Source: Opitutales bacterium (GTDB taxonomy: Bacteria > Verrucomicrobiota > Verrucomicrobiia > Opitutales > UBA953). From it: a stretch of DNA of 64,000 nt. Position 1 is the stretch's first letter, and each line of letters starts with the position of its first letter. The notes under the pieces were generated by a model, which was not told where the DNA came from, did no database searches, and was given only the letters and a program-made list of their open reading frames with translations. Both the position numbers and the translations under genes were made by a program. Shown here piece by piece: positions 19,149-29,494 of this stretch. Location of the stretch: contig JBBAUX010000002.1 of the NCBI GenBank assembly GCA_040398005.1, forward strand, positions 96,001 to 160,000. The letters run 5' to 3'.

Positions 19149-21134
19149 TTAGCGTCGGCCCTTCGGACGTTTTTTTGCCGTCGCTGGCTTGCCCGTGCGA
19201 AGGGCTTCAATCTGATCTCTCAGTTGAGCCGCCTTTTCGAATTGTAGCTCGTCGGCTGCTTCTAACATTTCCGTTTCTAAATCAGCCAACACATGGGCAA
19301 TGTCGCGGTCACTCGTGCCTTCAGTGACTTCTAAAATTTCCTCTTCTTCATCCACGAGGCTTTCTTCAATAGCCCGAACCGTGCTCTTCGGTGTGATTCC
19401 GTGTTTGAGGTTGTAGGCGGCCTGACGTTTACGTCGATCACCACAAATGGTTAACGCCTTAGTAATCGATTTAGTCATGACGTCTGCGTACAATAAGACT
19501 TTACCTTCTAAATGTCGTGCCGCCCGACCCGAGGTCTGAATTAAGCTGGTTTCACTACGTAAAAATCCTTCTTTGTCTGCGTCGAGAATTCCGACGAGTG
19601 CCACTTCCGGAAGGTCGAGTCCTTCACGCAGAAGATTTACTCCGACGAGTACGTCAAATTTTCCGGCCCGCAGTCGACGTAATATTTCAACGCGCTCAAT
19701 GGCGTCGATATCGGAGTGAAGATATTCAACCTTGAGTCCGCTCTCTCTCATGAATTGCGAGAGGTCTTCTGACATCCGTTTCGTTAAAGTGGTTACGAGC
19801 GTACGATAGCCTCTAGCGGCTACGGCCTTGGCTTCACCGATAATGTCTTCGACCTGACCTTTGATAGGTCTGACTTCCATGACCGGATCAAGAAGTCCGG
19901 TCGGTCTGATGACTTGTTCGGCGATAACAGTGGAAACTTTATACTCATGAGCGGCAGGCGTTGCCGAAACGTAAATCGTCTGACCTGAAATAGTATCAAA
20001 CTCCTCGGGCCGTAGGGGGCGATTCTCCATCGCCGAGGGTAGACGGAATCCGAAGTCTACGAGCTTTTCTTTCCGTGCTCGGTCACCGTGATACATCCCG
20101 CCGATTTGGGAAACGGAAACGTGGCTTTCATCAATGAATATGAGCTTATCGTCAGGAAAGAAATCGAGCAAGCAGTGTGGACGTTCACCGGGTTTTCGGC
20201 CCGACATGTGCATCGAATAGTTTTCAATACCCGAACAGAATCCGGTTTCACGCAGCATCTCGAGATCATGTTCAACACGCATCCGAATCCGCTGCGCTTC
20301 CACGAGTCGGTTAGCTTTTTCAAAAGTAGCGACCCGCTCTTCAAGTTCGCTACGAATAGCCTCGGCAGCGGTTTTTACACGAGCGGCGGAGGTGACATAC
20401 TGATTCGCTGGATAGAGATCGAATTTATCCAAGGACTTTCCTGCTTTTAAAGTTATCGCATCGAGTTCACGAATATTTTCTAAAGTATCGCCCCAGAACT
20501 CTAAGCGAATAGCTGACTCCATGTACGCGGGCCAGATATCAATCGTTTCACCGCGTGCTCGGAAATTACACCGTTCTAAAATCGCATCATTTCGTGAGTA
20601 CTGATTGTTTACCAGTCGGGTTAGTAGATCATCACGTTTAATGACTAGTCCCTTGTGCAGGGGAATCATCAACGCCAGGAAGTCTTCGGGTGAGCCTAAT
20701 CCGTAGATACAAGAAACGGAGGCAATCACGATGACATCGCGTCGGGAGAGTAGGGCGCTGCTCGCACTGATCCGTAAACGTTCTATATCCTCATTAATGG
20801 CCGAGTCTTTCTCAATAAATGTATCGGTCGAAGGAACGTAAGCTTCGGGCTGATAGTAATCGTAGTAACTGACAAAGTATTCGACGGCGTTTTCGGGGAA
20901 AAAGTTTTTAAACTCGGAATAAAGTTGGGCCGCTAAAGTCTTATTATGTGAAACAATCAGCGCCGGACGCTGTTGGCGGGCGATGATATTCGCCATGGTG
21001 AAGGTTTTTCCGGAGCCGGTGACCCCGAGTAAAGTCTGACGAAGATTTCCCGCTTCGATGGATTTATTTAAAGCGTCAATCGCCCCAGGCTGATCGCCGG
21101 CGGGGACATAGTTAGACTTTAAACGAAACTCCAT
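19149..21134 (-). CDS. uvrB: Excinuclease ABC subunit B
   Basis: 'GDQP.AI', 'GVTGSGKT', 'FVSYYDYYQPEAY', 'GFRLPSA', 'NLLREGLDLPEV', C-terminal UVR domain. Confidence 0.98.
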   Translation of the reverse strand: MEFRLKSNYVPAGDQPGAIDALNKSIEAGNLRQTLLGVTGSGKTFTMANIIARQQRPALIVSHNKTLAAQLYSEFKNFFPENAVEYFVSYYDYYQPEAYVPSTDTFIEKDSAINEDIERLRISASSALLSRRDVIVIASVSCIYGLGSPEDFLALMIPLHKGLVIKRDDLLTRLVNNQYSRNDAILERCNFRARGETIDIWPAYMESAIRLEFWGDTLENIRELDAITLKAGKSLDKFDLYPANQYVTSAARVKTAAEAIRSELEERVATFEKANRLVEAQRIRMRVEHDLEMLRETGFCSGIENYSMHMSGRKPGERPHCLLDFFPDDKLIFIDESHVSVSQIGGMYHGDRARKEKLVDFGFRLPSAMENRPLRPEEFDTISGQTIYVSATPAAHEYKVSTVIAEQVIRPTGLLDPVMEVRPIKGQVEDIIGEAKAVAARGYRTLVTTLTKRMSEDLSQFMRESGLKVEYLHSDIDAIERVEILRRLRAGKFDVLVGVNLLREGLDLPEVALVGILDADKEGFLRSETSLIQTSGRAARHLEGKVLLYADVMTKSITKALTICGDRRKRQAAYNLKHGITPKSTVRAIEESLVDEEEEILEVTEGTSDRDIAHVLADLETEMLEAADELQFEKAAQLRDQIEALRTGKPATAKKRPKGRR

Positions 21135-21140
21135 ACTGAT

Positions 21141-21806
21141 TTAGAAAATCTTACCTTGCACAATCCACTGAGGATTCACTTCGGATAAATTATTAACAAT
21201 GTGATGAGCGTTATGGGCCAATAAAATTTCGCGGGTATGCGTGGTCGCCAAAGCAATGGTGGTGAAGCCGCCGGCAAGTCCGGCTTGTATTCCCGAGAAG
21301 GAATCTTCGAAGACAAAGGAATTTTTAGGCTCACCGCCCGCGAGCGCACAGGCTTTGAGAAATACTTCCGGGTTGGGTTTTCCTTGGGTCACATCCTCAC
21401 TTGATACGGCTCCTTGGAAGTGGTCAGCTAAGTCAAAGAGCTCGAAAGAAAGTGCGAGATTGGCCTTATGGGTGGACGTGCCAATTACACAAGGAATGCC
21501 CAATGATTTAAGGGCGTTGGTGAGTTCTTTGACCCCTGGGAGTAATCGAATAAGTCCGGTCCGTGCGATGGTACGGTAATGAGCTTCTTTTTTCTCGGAC
21601 AGTCGGCGAATTTCTTGAGGGTCTTTGGACCAGCCTAAGATATTGGGAATGATGACTTCATTTAATTTCCCGAATCCTAATTTAAAATGATTGGGGACGA
21701 GTGGAAGATTTTCTTCCTTGGCTAAACTTTGCCACGCACGCTCGTGGGCGATGGAGGAATCGATGACGACGCCGTCCCAATCAAATACAGCAACGGTAGA
21801 TGACAT
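21141..21806 (-). CDS. HAD-family phosphatase (beta-PGM/CbbY/Gph-like)
   Basis: Motif I 'FDWDGVVIDS', 'GKPNPEVF', 'VFEDS..GI.AG'. Confidence 0.9.
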   Translation of the reverse strand: MSSTVAVFDWDGVVIDSSIAHERAWQSLAKEENLPLVPNHFKLGFGKLNEVIIPNILGWSKDPQEIRRLSEKKEAHYRTIARTGLIRLLPGVKELTNALKSLGIPCVIGTSTHKANLALSFELFDLADHFQGAVSSEDVTQGKPNPEVFLKACALAGGEPKNSFVFEDSFSGIQAGLAGGFTTIALATTHTREILLAHNAHHIVNNLSEVNPQWIVQGKIF

Positions 21807-21808
21807 GA

Positions 21809-23272
21809 TTAATGTTTGTCCCAGGCTAAAGTGACTTTTACTGGACGATGTTCCCAGACATTGAGCGGTTCAAAGATTTGTCCGGGTGCTAAAATATTAT
21901 TAGGGTCCAAGGCTTTCTTGACTGCTATCATCGCTGCAATTTCAGCGGGTGAGTGTTGCAGGCTGAGGAAAGGAGATTTGGCGATGCCGATGCCGTGCTC
22001 GCCGGTGATAGCTCCGCCCAGTTCGACTACTTTCTTCATCACTTCATGGATGGCTTTCTCGGCTTTCTTGCAGTCTTCAGGATTATCCCGATTGTACATG
22101 ATGTGTACGTGGAAGTTTCCATCGGCGGCGTGACCGAAGGTCGGAGTAGGTAGACCAATCTTATCGCGTACTTCGCGAGTGTATTTAATTAACGCCACGT
22201 AGCTCTTAAAAGGTACCACGATGTCTTCGTTTAACTTCGCATTCCCGAGGGAATACATGGCCTGTGAGCAGGTGCGGCGAATGTCCCAGAGCTTTTCCGC
22301 TTCAACTTCGTTATCGGTTGCGCGTGAAGCGACGCCAAATTTCTTAATCCACAGGTTAATTTTCACGGCGTCATCCGCGAGTGCCGCAGGATGTCCGTCG
22401 ATTTCGACTAATAAAACCGCACACGTTTCTTTGATGCCGCCCAGCTCTTCGGTGGTGAATACCCGGCTGCCGCGTTGTTTTTCTGCGGCTTCAACGGTTT
22501 GCGTATCTAAAAATTCAAAGACCGATGGATTAATTCTTGAACCCATTAATTCAGCAGCTGCTTCGAGCGCACTCTCGTCGGTACGACAGGCAACTAAGAA
22601 GGTGCGACGAGCTAAAGGTTTATTCACGAGTTTGATGGTCGCTTTGGTGATAATTCCTAAGGTGCCTTCGGATCCGATCCAGAGGTCGCGTAAATTAATT
22701 CCGCTGACAAACTTTCTTAAAGGGGCACCCCATTTTACTTTTTCCCCTGTTGGAAGAAATCCTTCCAGGGCATAGACATGGTCGCGAACAACCCCGTATT
22801 TTGCGGCTCGAAGTCCTCCTGCGTTCGTCGCGATGTTTCCACCGATACTACAATATTTCAGCGATGAAGGATCAGGTGGAAAAAATAATCCGTATGGTGC
22901 GGCTAAATCATTGATGTGCGCGGTGATGGCTCCTGGTTGTACAGTCGCCATGGCCGAGATAGGATCGATTTCAATTTTGTCCCAGTGATCCAAGTGAATA
23001 ACCCATCCGCCTTTAATGGGAGAACTTGCCCCTGCGTTACCGGTGCCACGTCCGCGCACGGTGACCGGAACTTTATGTTGGTTGGCTAATTTTAAAACCG
23101 TACCAATATCCTCTTCAACTTTTGGACGAATCACCGCTTCGGGCATGAACGACAAACGCATGTTATCGAAGGACGCAGCGAAGCAGGTTGCTTCATCTGT
23201 AAAAACTCTCTCGGGTCCGAGAAGCTTACTGAGCTCTTGCGTTGCCGCGGGATGAGTTTGAAGTGGAGCCAT
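21809..23272 (-). CDS. FAD-linked oxidase, GlcD / D-2-hydroxyacid dehydrogenase family
   Basis: 'RGRGTG', 'PPDPSS', 'IGGNIATNAGG', 'GSEGTLGI', 'GHAADGNFH', 'GEHGIG'. Confidence 0.9.
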   Translation of the reverse strand: MAPLQTHPAATQELSKLLGPERVFTDEATCFAASFDNMRLSFMPEAVIRPKVEEDIGTVLKLANQHKVPVTVRGRGTGNAGASSPIKGGWVIHLDHWDKIEIDPISAMATVQPGAITAHINDLAAPYGLFFPPDPSSLKYCSIGGNIATNAGGLRAAKYGVVRDHVYALEGFLPTGEKVKWGAPLRKFVSGINLRDLWIGSEGTLGIITKATIKLVNKPLARRTFLVACRTDESALEAAAELMGSRINPSVFEFLDTQTVEAAEKQRGSRVFTTEELGGIKETCAVLLVEIDGHPAALADDAVKINLWIKKFGVASRATDNEVEAEKLWDIRRTCSQAMYSLGNAKLNEDIVVPFKSYVALIKYTREVRDKIGLPTPTFGHAADGNFHVHIMYNRDNPEDCKKAEKAIHEVMKKVVELGGAITGEHGIGIAKSPFLSLQHSPAEIAAMIAVKKALDPNNILAPGQIFEPLNVWEHRPVKVTLAWDKH

Positions 23273-23292
23273 CGCTCACCCATCAAGCACGA

Positions 23293-25236
23293 TTAGCCTA
23301 ATTCTGCAAGCCACGCCGTGGCTTCCGCATCCGAAGGCATACGCCAATCGCCACGCGGGGAAAGGGCGACCGAGCCGACTTTTGGCCCGTCTGGCATTGA
23401 AGAACGCTTATATTGCTGGCTGAAGAAGCGAGTCAGGAAGGTTTTTAGCCAATATTTAATTTCCACCGTATCGTACTTACCGGCGAAGGCATGTTCCGTG
23501 AGCCAAAGAACTTTAGCCGGGCGGAATCCATTGCGAATAAAGTGGAAGAGGAAGAAATCGTGTAACTCATAAGGGCCAACTAAGAGCTCGGTTTGTTGAG
23601 TCATTTCACCGTTAGTTCCGATAGGTAAAAGTTCGGGGCTAACGGGTGTGGCGACAATGTCTTCGAGCAGAGCACGTTCATGACCGACGTGACGTGCGTG
23701 GGCGGCCCACGAGACCAAGTGTTTAACTAAAGTTTTAGGTACGCCGATGTTTACATGGTACATCGACATGTGATCCGCGTTGAATGTGCACCAACCGAGA
23801 GCGGCTTCCGAGAGGTCACCCGTACCCACGACTAAACCTTGGGTTTGATTAGCGATATCCATGAGCACTTGAGTGCGTTCACGTGCTTGCGCGTTTTCAA
23901 AAGTAATATCGAATTTACCAGTCGGGTGTTCGATGTCTTTAAGGTGATTATCAACCGCACTACCAATAGGGATTTCACGTGCAGTGATGCCGAGTGCATC
24001 CATCAATTTACGTGCATTGATACGTGTGCGCTCGGTTGTGCCAGGTCCAGGCAAAGTGACGCCGATGATTCCTTTCCGATCTAAACCCAAGCGACCAAAC
24101 GCTTCGAGCATGACTAAAAGTGCGAGCGTAGAATCGAGTCCGCCCGAAACTCCGATGACAGCATGCTTGACTCCCGTGTGACGGAGACGACGTGCTAAGC
24201 CTGTAGATTGAATCGCAAAAATTTCCTGACTGTTTTCGTCGCGACGTTGAGCGTCCGATGGCACGAAGGGATGTTGTGAGAAACGACGACGGAGTTTGGG
24301 CGTAGTGCCGGCCGGATGTTTAACTTCGAAACTAATGAAGCGCGGTTGGTACGAAGGAATCTGCCCGAAGAAAGTGCTATTGCGGCGACGTTCGGCCTGC
24401 AATTTGTCGACATCGACCTGCGATACTAACAGGGATAATTCGAAGCGAAAACGCTCAGATTCACCAAGAATTAAGCCATTTTCAGCAATTAAGCCGTGTC
24501 CGCTGTACACGACATCGGTACTCGATTCTCCTGCGCCCGCCGCAGCGTAAATGTAAGCAGCTAAGCAACGAGCCGATTGCGAACGCACGAGATCGCGACG
24601 ATAATTTGCTTTGGTGAGAAGTTCGTCACTCGCCGAAAGATTACAGAGGAGGGTGGCACCGGCTAAAGCTTGCGCACCGCTCGGAGGTTCGACTGCCCAG
24701 AGGTCTTCGCAGAGTTCAATTCCGACTACGCAATCTGGAACATCTTTAGCTTGGAAAAGTAAATCGATACCGAAGGGAACTTTTTTTCCAAATAATTCTA
24801 CTTCTTGAAAATGAGCGACGCGACTCGAAGCGAACCAACGTTGTTCGTAAAATTCGCCCGAGTTAGGTAAGTGAGTTTTGGGAACCACACCTAAAATATT
24901 TCCGTGCGAGACGAAGACACCGACGTTGTAGAGTCGTCCCGAAATTTCTAGAGGCAACCCGATGAGGGCCGTGAGGGAGAGTCGAGCAGTCGCTTCGGCG
25001 ATCTTGGAGAGTCCGGCGAGGGCACTGTTAAGCAGAGTTCGTTGGCCGAATAAGTCACCGCAGCTGTAACCCGTGAGGCAAAGTTCAGGTAGCACGACGA
25101 TTTCAGATCCTTCGGCTGCTGCCTTCTCGAGCGCTTGGATAATGTGCTGGGCATTGGCTGCAGGATCGCCCAGCCGCAGGGCTGGGGAGGCGGCTGCAAC
25201 GGTTACAAAACCGAATGGATGTGTACTTTTTGCCAT
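23293..25236 (-). CDS. nadE: Glutamine-dependent NAD+ synthetase
   Basis: Nitrilase-like domain ('PELCLTGY', 'ELCEDLW') plus 'GVSGGLDST', 'ENAQARERT', 'SPRGDWRMPSD'. ATG at 25236 avoids overlap with thrB. Confidence 0.96.
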   Translation of the reverse strand: MAKSTHPFGFVTVAAASPALRLGDPAANAQHIIQALEKAAAEGSEIVVLPELCLTGYSCGDLFGQRTLLNSALAGLSKIAEATARLSLTALIGLPLEISGRLYNVGVFVSHGNILGVVPKTHLPNSGEFYEQRWFASSRVAHFQEVELFGKKVPFGIDLLFQAKDVPDCVVGIELCEDLWAVEPPSGAQALAGATLLCNLSASDELLTKANYRRDLVRSQSARCLAAYIYAAAGAGESSTDVVYSGHGLIAENGLILGESERFRFELSLLVSQVDVDKLQAERRRNSTFFGQIPSYQPRFISFEVKHPAGTTPKLRRRFSQHPFVPSDAQRRDENSQEIFAIQSTGLARRLRHTGVKHAVIGVSGGLDSTLALLVMLEAFGRLGLDRKGIIGVTLPGPGTTERTRINARKLMDALGITAREIPIGSAVDNHLKDIEHPTGKFDITFENAQARERTQVLMDIANQTQGLVVGTGDLSEAALGWCTFNADHMSMYHVNIGVPKTLVKHLVSWAAHARHVGHERALLEDIVATPVSPELLPIGTNGEMTQQTELLVGPYELHDFFLFHFIRNGFRPAKVLWLTEHAFAGKYDTVEIKYWLKTFLTRFFSQQYKRSSMPDGPKVGSVALSPRGDWRMPSDAEATAWLAELG

Positions 25237-25321
25237 TTTTGGCGCGGTAACGCGTATGTTCACCGTTGACCCTTGGCGAGGCAACCCGAAAGGTTTACCC
25301 ATCCCTCGTTTTGGGGCTGAT

Positions 25322-26275
25322 ATGTCAAAAATGTCACTAAAAGAAGTCACTGTTTTCTCCCCCGCCACGGTCGCAAACGTGGCGTGCGGATTCGACGTGC
25401 TTGGTTTCGCCATCGAGAAGCCGGGCGACGAAATTGTTGTCCGTCGATCCGATAAGCCTGGATTCCGCATCACCAAGATTACCGGTGATGATGGCCGACT
25501 GCCCTTAGAGCCCAAATTAAATACTGCGGGTGTTGCTGTACTCGATCTGCTTCGTCACCTCGGTTTGGGTGACATCGGTATCGAAATGGAGATACACAAG
25601 AAGATGCCTTTCGGCAGCGGACTCGGTTCCAGCGCTGCCAGTGCGGTGGCTGGTGCCTTCGCGGTAAATCATTTACTCGGTGAACCTCTTACCCGACGTC
25701 AACTTTTACCATTCGTCGTTGCGGGTGAAGCTGCCGCTGATGGCGCCTGGCATGCCGACAATGTGGGTCCGTGTTTATTGGGCGGAATCACTTTAATTCG
25801 TTCGAACGCAGAACTCGATGTTCATAATATTCCGATCCCTAATAATCTTTGGGCAGCGGTCGTGCATCCTGACATCGTGGTGCTGACGAAGGTCGCGCGC
25901 GAAATCATGCCTCGTCACGTCCAATTAGAAACTGCGATTCAACAAAGCGGAAACTTAGGTGGATTGATTTCTGGTCTGTACCAAAGTGATTACGCTTTAA
26001 TCGGTCGATCGTTGCATGATGCGATTGCTGAACCGCACCGTCAGCGTCTCATTCCTGAATTTTATCGTGCGAAGCGCGTAGCAATGTCTGCTGGTGCACT
26101 AGGATTTTCCATCTCTGGTGCGGGCCCGAGCGTTTTTGCACTCTGTGAAGGTGAGAAGGTTGCCCAGGAAGTCGCTAAAGCAGTGACCGAGGTTTTTGCA
26201 TCGGTACCGATTAAGGCAACTCCCTACGTTTCACGTATCAATCCTAAGGGCGTCCATGTCATCTCCGAAAAATAA
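25322..26275 (+). CDS. thrB: Homoserine kinase (GHMP family)
   Basis: 'PATVANVACGFDVLG', 'PFGSGLGSSAAS', 'HADNV', 'ISGAGPS'. Start at 25322 or 25331. Confidence 0.95.
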   Translation: MSKMSLKEVTVFSPATVANVACGFDVLGFAIEKPGDEIVVRRSDKPGFRITKITGDDGRLPLEPKLNTAGVAVLDLLRHLGLGDIGIEMEIHKKMPFGSGLGSSAASAVAGAFAVNHLLGEPLTRRQLLPFVVAGEAAADGAWHADNVGPCLLGGITLIRSNAELDVHNIPIPNNLWAAVVHPDIVVLTKVAREIMPRHVQLETAIQQSGNLGGLISGLYQSDYALIGRSLHDAIAEPHRQRLIPEFYRAKRVAMSAGALGFSISGAGPSVFALCEGEKVAQEVAKAVTEVFASVPIKATPYVSRINPKGVHVISEK

Positions 26276-27581
26276 GTTAGAATTTATTTCCACTGCCGAT
26301 GCTTCACAAAGTGCCTCATTGCGTGAGGTCCTACTTTCATCGATGCCAGGGAAGGGCGGACTGTGGGTGCCGAAAGTCATTCCACAAATCACGCCCGACT
26401 TCATTGAGCAGCATCGTAACGACACTTATGCGCAACTCGCCGAAGCCGTCATCGCTCCTTATTTTGCGGATGAGCTGGGCCCCGATGTTTTAAAGCGTCT
26501 TTGTAATGAGGCTTTTAATTTCCCTGTACCACTGATTTATCCTGAGGGTTATCAAGGTAAACCGGAGAGTGTGATTAGTGTCTTAGAATTATTTCAAGGC
26601 CCATCCGCAGCCTTTAAAGATTTTGCCGTACGACTACTGGTACGTATTACCGCGCATGTCTTAGGAAAAGATTTTCCAGAACTCACCATCCTCGCAGCGA
26701 CATCGGGCGATACCGGTGGTGCGGTGACTGAAGCTTGTGCTAACGTTCCCGGTGTTCGTGCCGTGGTTCTTTATCCGCGAATCGGTGTGAGCACGGTGCA
26801 GGAATCGCAAATTGCACGCCGCCGCCCCGGTGTCGTAGCTATTTCCGTAGATGGTACGTTTGATGACTGTCAGGCCTTAGTAAAACGTGCCTTAGCTGAT
26901 CAAGCACTCAGTCAGCGCCGTCCCTTACTCACGGCTAATTCCATCAATCCTGTTCGTCTGATTGCCCAGGTTCCTTTTGCTTTCCATGTCCGTCGCCTGT
27001 TGGCCAAAAATCAGCGCCTCGCGATTATTGTTCCCTCGGGTAATTTAGGAAATGTAGGCGCGGTTCAATTGGCTCGTCGCATGGGCTTGCCGGTCGACTC
27101 GTTAATCGCTGCGACCAATATAAATTCTCCGCTACCCGATTTATTTGCGACCGGTAAGTATCAAGCTCGTCGTTCCACTCCGACCGCTTCGAATGCGATG
27201 GATATTGGTGACCCCAATAATTTACCACGTCTCTTAGCTTGGAACCAAGGTGGACCTGCCGTGCATGCCGTGACGGTGACTGACGCTGAAACGCTCGATG
27301 TGATGCGTCGCGTTCGTGACCAAGGTGGATATGTTGTATGTCCGCACACCGCCGTCGGTTGGAAAGCAGCCGAAGATTATATTAAAAATAATCAGAACAC
27401 TCAGGTCGTGGTCTTTGGCACGGCACACCCTGCTAAGTTTCCTGAAATTTTAGAACAAGCCTTCGGCGATCGCAACGCTTCCACTTTCCCATACGCATTA
27501 CCAGCTCCTGAGCCATTGCGTACGGGCAATGATTACGAAGCGATTCGTACGATTTTAGAATCCGAAGCCGGCTTCAGATAA
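26256..27581 (+). CDS. thrC: Threonine synthase
   Basis: 'ELFQGPSAAFKD' PLP lysine, 'ATSGDTG', 'FDDCQ.LVK', 'NSINP.R', 'PSGNLGN', 'TAHPAKF'. Confidence 0.95.
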   Translation: MSSPKNKLEFISTADASQSASLREVLLSSMPGKGGLWVPKVIPQITPDFIEQHRNDTYAQLAEAVIAPYFADELGPDVLKRLCNEAFNFPVPLIYPEGYQGKPESVISVLELFQGPSAAFKDFAVRLLVRITAHVLGKDFPELTILAATSGDTGGAVTEACANVPGVRAVVLYPRIGVSTVQESQIARRRPGVVAISVDGTFDDCQALVKRALADQALSQRRPLLTANSINPVRLIAQVPFAFHVRRLLAKNQRLAIIVPSGNLGNVGAVQLARRMGLPVDSLIAATNINSPLPDLFATGKYQARRSTPTASNAMDIGDPNNLPRLLAWNQGGPAVHAVTVTDAETLDVMRRVRDQGGYVVCPHTAVGWKAAEDYIKNNQNTQVVVFGTAHPAKFPEILEQAFGDRNASTFPYALPAPEPLRTGNDYEAIRTILESEAGFR

Positions 27582-27719
27582 TTACTTCTGAGCGTTTTCA
27601 ACTGGAGCTTTAGTGGCTTCAGCTTTGGCGCCGTCTTTTTTCTGAGGGGCTTCGATGACGACGATGCAACCTGACAGTGCTAACGCGATTAAAGAGAAGA
27701 AGAGGGCGGACAGTTTCAT
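27582..27719 (-). CDS. Small lipoprotein, 45 aa (not in the ORF track)
   Basis: Manual translation MKLSALFFSLIALALSGCIVVIEAPQKKDGAKAEATKAPVENAQK: signal peptide with lipobox LSGC. Starts 18 nt after the exbD stop. Confidence 0.8.
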   Translation of the reverse strand: MKLSALFFSLIALALSGCIVVIEAPQKKDGAKAEATKAPVENAQK

Positions 27720-27737
27720 ATTTGTTATAAAAATTAT

Positions 27738-28181
27738 TTATTCTGGTTCAGCAACCGAGAAGGTGATGTTGCTGATGTCGGCGCGTGCTAAAATATCGAG
27801 AACATTGATGACTCTCTCATAACGGGCCGCTTCCTCGGCTTGTACGGTGATCAGAAGTTTAGTCTTAGATTGTTTAGCGGCTTGGGCCATCTTGGTCATC
27901 TCATTGAAGAGACCTTCCAGTTCGCGGTCCTGCGGCTGACCTACCGGATCTTCGTTGATGGTGATTTGTCCATTCTCTGCGACACCGATGGTAACTTCAT
28001 CAGGCATTTCGGTTTCTTTGGCAGTCTCTGCATTGCCTGGTAGAGTCGTTTTTAATTCATGTTCCACTTTGACGGCACCGGCCATGACCATGAAGAAAAG
28101 CATGATGACGAAGACCACGTCGATCATTGGGGCGATTTGGAATCCGGCATCCGATGGAGTTTCTTGAGGGGCGAGGCGCAT
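27738..28181 (-). CDS. exbD: ExbD/TolR-family protein
   Basis: 'FQIAPMIDVVFVIMLFFMV' with the conserved TM Asp; C-terminal 'A....RYERVINVLD'. Confidence 0.9.
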   Translation of the reverse strand: MRLAPQETPSDAGFQIAPMIDVVFVIMLFFMVMAGAVKVEHELKTTLPGNAETAKETEMPDEVTIGVAENGQITINEDPVGQPQDRELEGLFNEMTKMAQAAKQSKTKLLITVQAEEAARYERVINVLDILARADISNITFSVAEPE

Positions 28182-28183
28182 TT

Positions 28184-28624
28184 TTATTCGTCGCGGTTGA
28201 GGCCGGAGAAGGCGATGTTATCGATGCCAGCTTCCGCACCCCATTCGAGTGCTTTGGAAATAAATTTGGCCTGACATTGGCGATCGGCGCGAATGAGCAG
28301 TCGGAATTTTTCGTTGGTACCTTTGCGGGCAGCGAGTTCTTTAGAAATGCCGTCCTTGTCGTTGATATCTAGCTCGCGGTCATCGAGTTTGTATTTGGCC
28401 TGACCCGTACTCGCGTCCCAAGAAATATTAATCAAACCGGCAGCAGCTTTGTCGTCGCGTTTTACCCCATGGACGGCGACGGGGAGTTTAATATTTTTAT
28501 CGACCTTCAAGACTTGGGCTGAGGTGATGGACATGAAGAAAATCAGTAAGACCAGGAGCACGTCGATCATCGGTGCTACTTGGAATTCTGGTTCTCCGTC
28601 CCCGCCTCCGCCTCCTCCTGCCAT
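28184..28624 (-). CDS. exbD: ExbD/TolR-family protein
   Basis: 'FQVAPMIDVLLVLLIFFMS' with the conserved Asp; 'LIRAD'. Confidence 0.9.
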   Translation of the reverse strand: MAGGGGGGDGEPEFQVAPMIDVLLVLLIFFMSITSAQVLKVDKNIKLPVAVHGVKRDDKAAAGLINISWDASTGQAKYKLDDRELDINDKDGISKELAARKGTNEKFRLLIRADRQCQAKFISKALEWGAEAGIDNIAFSGLNRDE

Positions 28625-28652
28625 AGTAAGTCTTAGTGTTTAAGGGGTGAAC

Positions 28653-29438
28653 TTAAGCGGAGGGTGGAGTGCTGGAGGCATTCCAATCAGGCTTAGCGGC
28701 GTAGATTTCGTCATCACCGATGGCGCGACCTTGGACTTCGTCGTAAGGGAAGGAACGGAATAATCCAGTGACGATTTCTTGAACGTCATGAATTCCTTTT
28801 TGAATACGATTACGTAAGAGGTAGTAGCAAATGAACGCAGGGATTGCGATGAAGAGACCCGAAGCGGTTGCCACGAGAACTTCGCCGATCGCACCAGCGA
28901 GCTGTGAAGGGTCGCCTACGCCTGATGAACCAAGCTTATCAAACGCCTTCATCATACCAGTCACGGTGCCGGTGAGACCAATCATCGGAGTACAGACTCC
29001 AATCACTGAGAGGTAAGATGCACGGCCCATGAGGTCGCCCTGGATGCGAGAAACTTCAGAGATGATCGCTTCTTCAGTCATGACTTTGCCGTCGGGTGCG
29101 AGAGCCACACCAGCGCGAACGACTTCGGCGACGGGTGAGCCTGCGCTTTTAGCGAAGTTGTAGGCACCGACGTAATCACCACGCTTGAAGAGCTCGCGTA
29201 ATTGGGTGACGTGGCTGGCCGGATAAAGTTTTTGTGCGCTGGTGCGGATGGTACCATCAACGATGAACCAGATCATGGCGACCGAGCATAGAGTGATCGG
29301 GTACATGACCCAGCCACCTTCAACGAAGAGGTGCATCATGGTTTTTTCTTTAACGCCGGCAGCTTCTTGAGCGCAGGCAAGGATGGTCATCATTCCGAGG
29401 AAGGCCATCGTGAGGAGGGGGAGGCGGATTGTCTTCAT
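28653..29438 (-). CDS. exbB: MotA/TolQ/ExbB proton-channel protein
   Basis: 'GGWVMYPI', 'PMIGLTGTVTGMMKAF', 'GAIGEVLVATASGLFIAIPA'. Signal-like N-terminus; ATG at 29438 preferred. Confidence 0.92.
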   Translation of the reverse strand: MKTIRLPLLTMAFLGMMTILACAQEAAGVKEKTMMHLFVEGGWVMYPITLCSVAMIWFIVDGTIRTSAQKLYPASHVTQLRELFKRGDYVGAYNFAKSAGSPVAEVVRAGVALAPDGKVMTEEAIISEVSRIQGDLMGRASYLSVIGVCTPMIGLTGTVTGMMKAFDKLGSSGVGDPSQLAGAIGEVLVATASGLFIAIPAFICYYLLRNRIQKGIHDVQEIVTGLFRSFPYDEVQGRAIGDDEIYAAKPDWNASSTPPSA

Positions 29439-29494
29439 GGTAAATAAGGGGTGTTGGATTTGATTTAGGTTGAGATTAAAAAGGGGGCAAGGGT

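Noticed and set aside
25073..25515. Apparent head-to-head overlap of nadE and thrB
   Set aside because: Artefact of longest-ORF starts; family N-termini begin at 25236 (-) and 25322/25331 (+), leaving a normal divergent gap.
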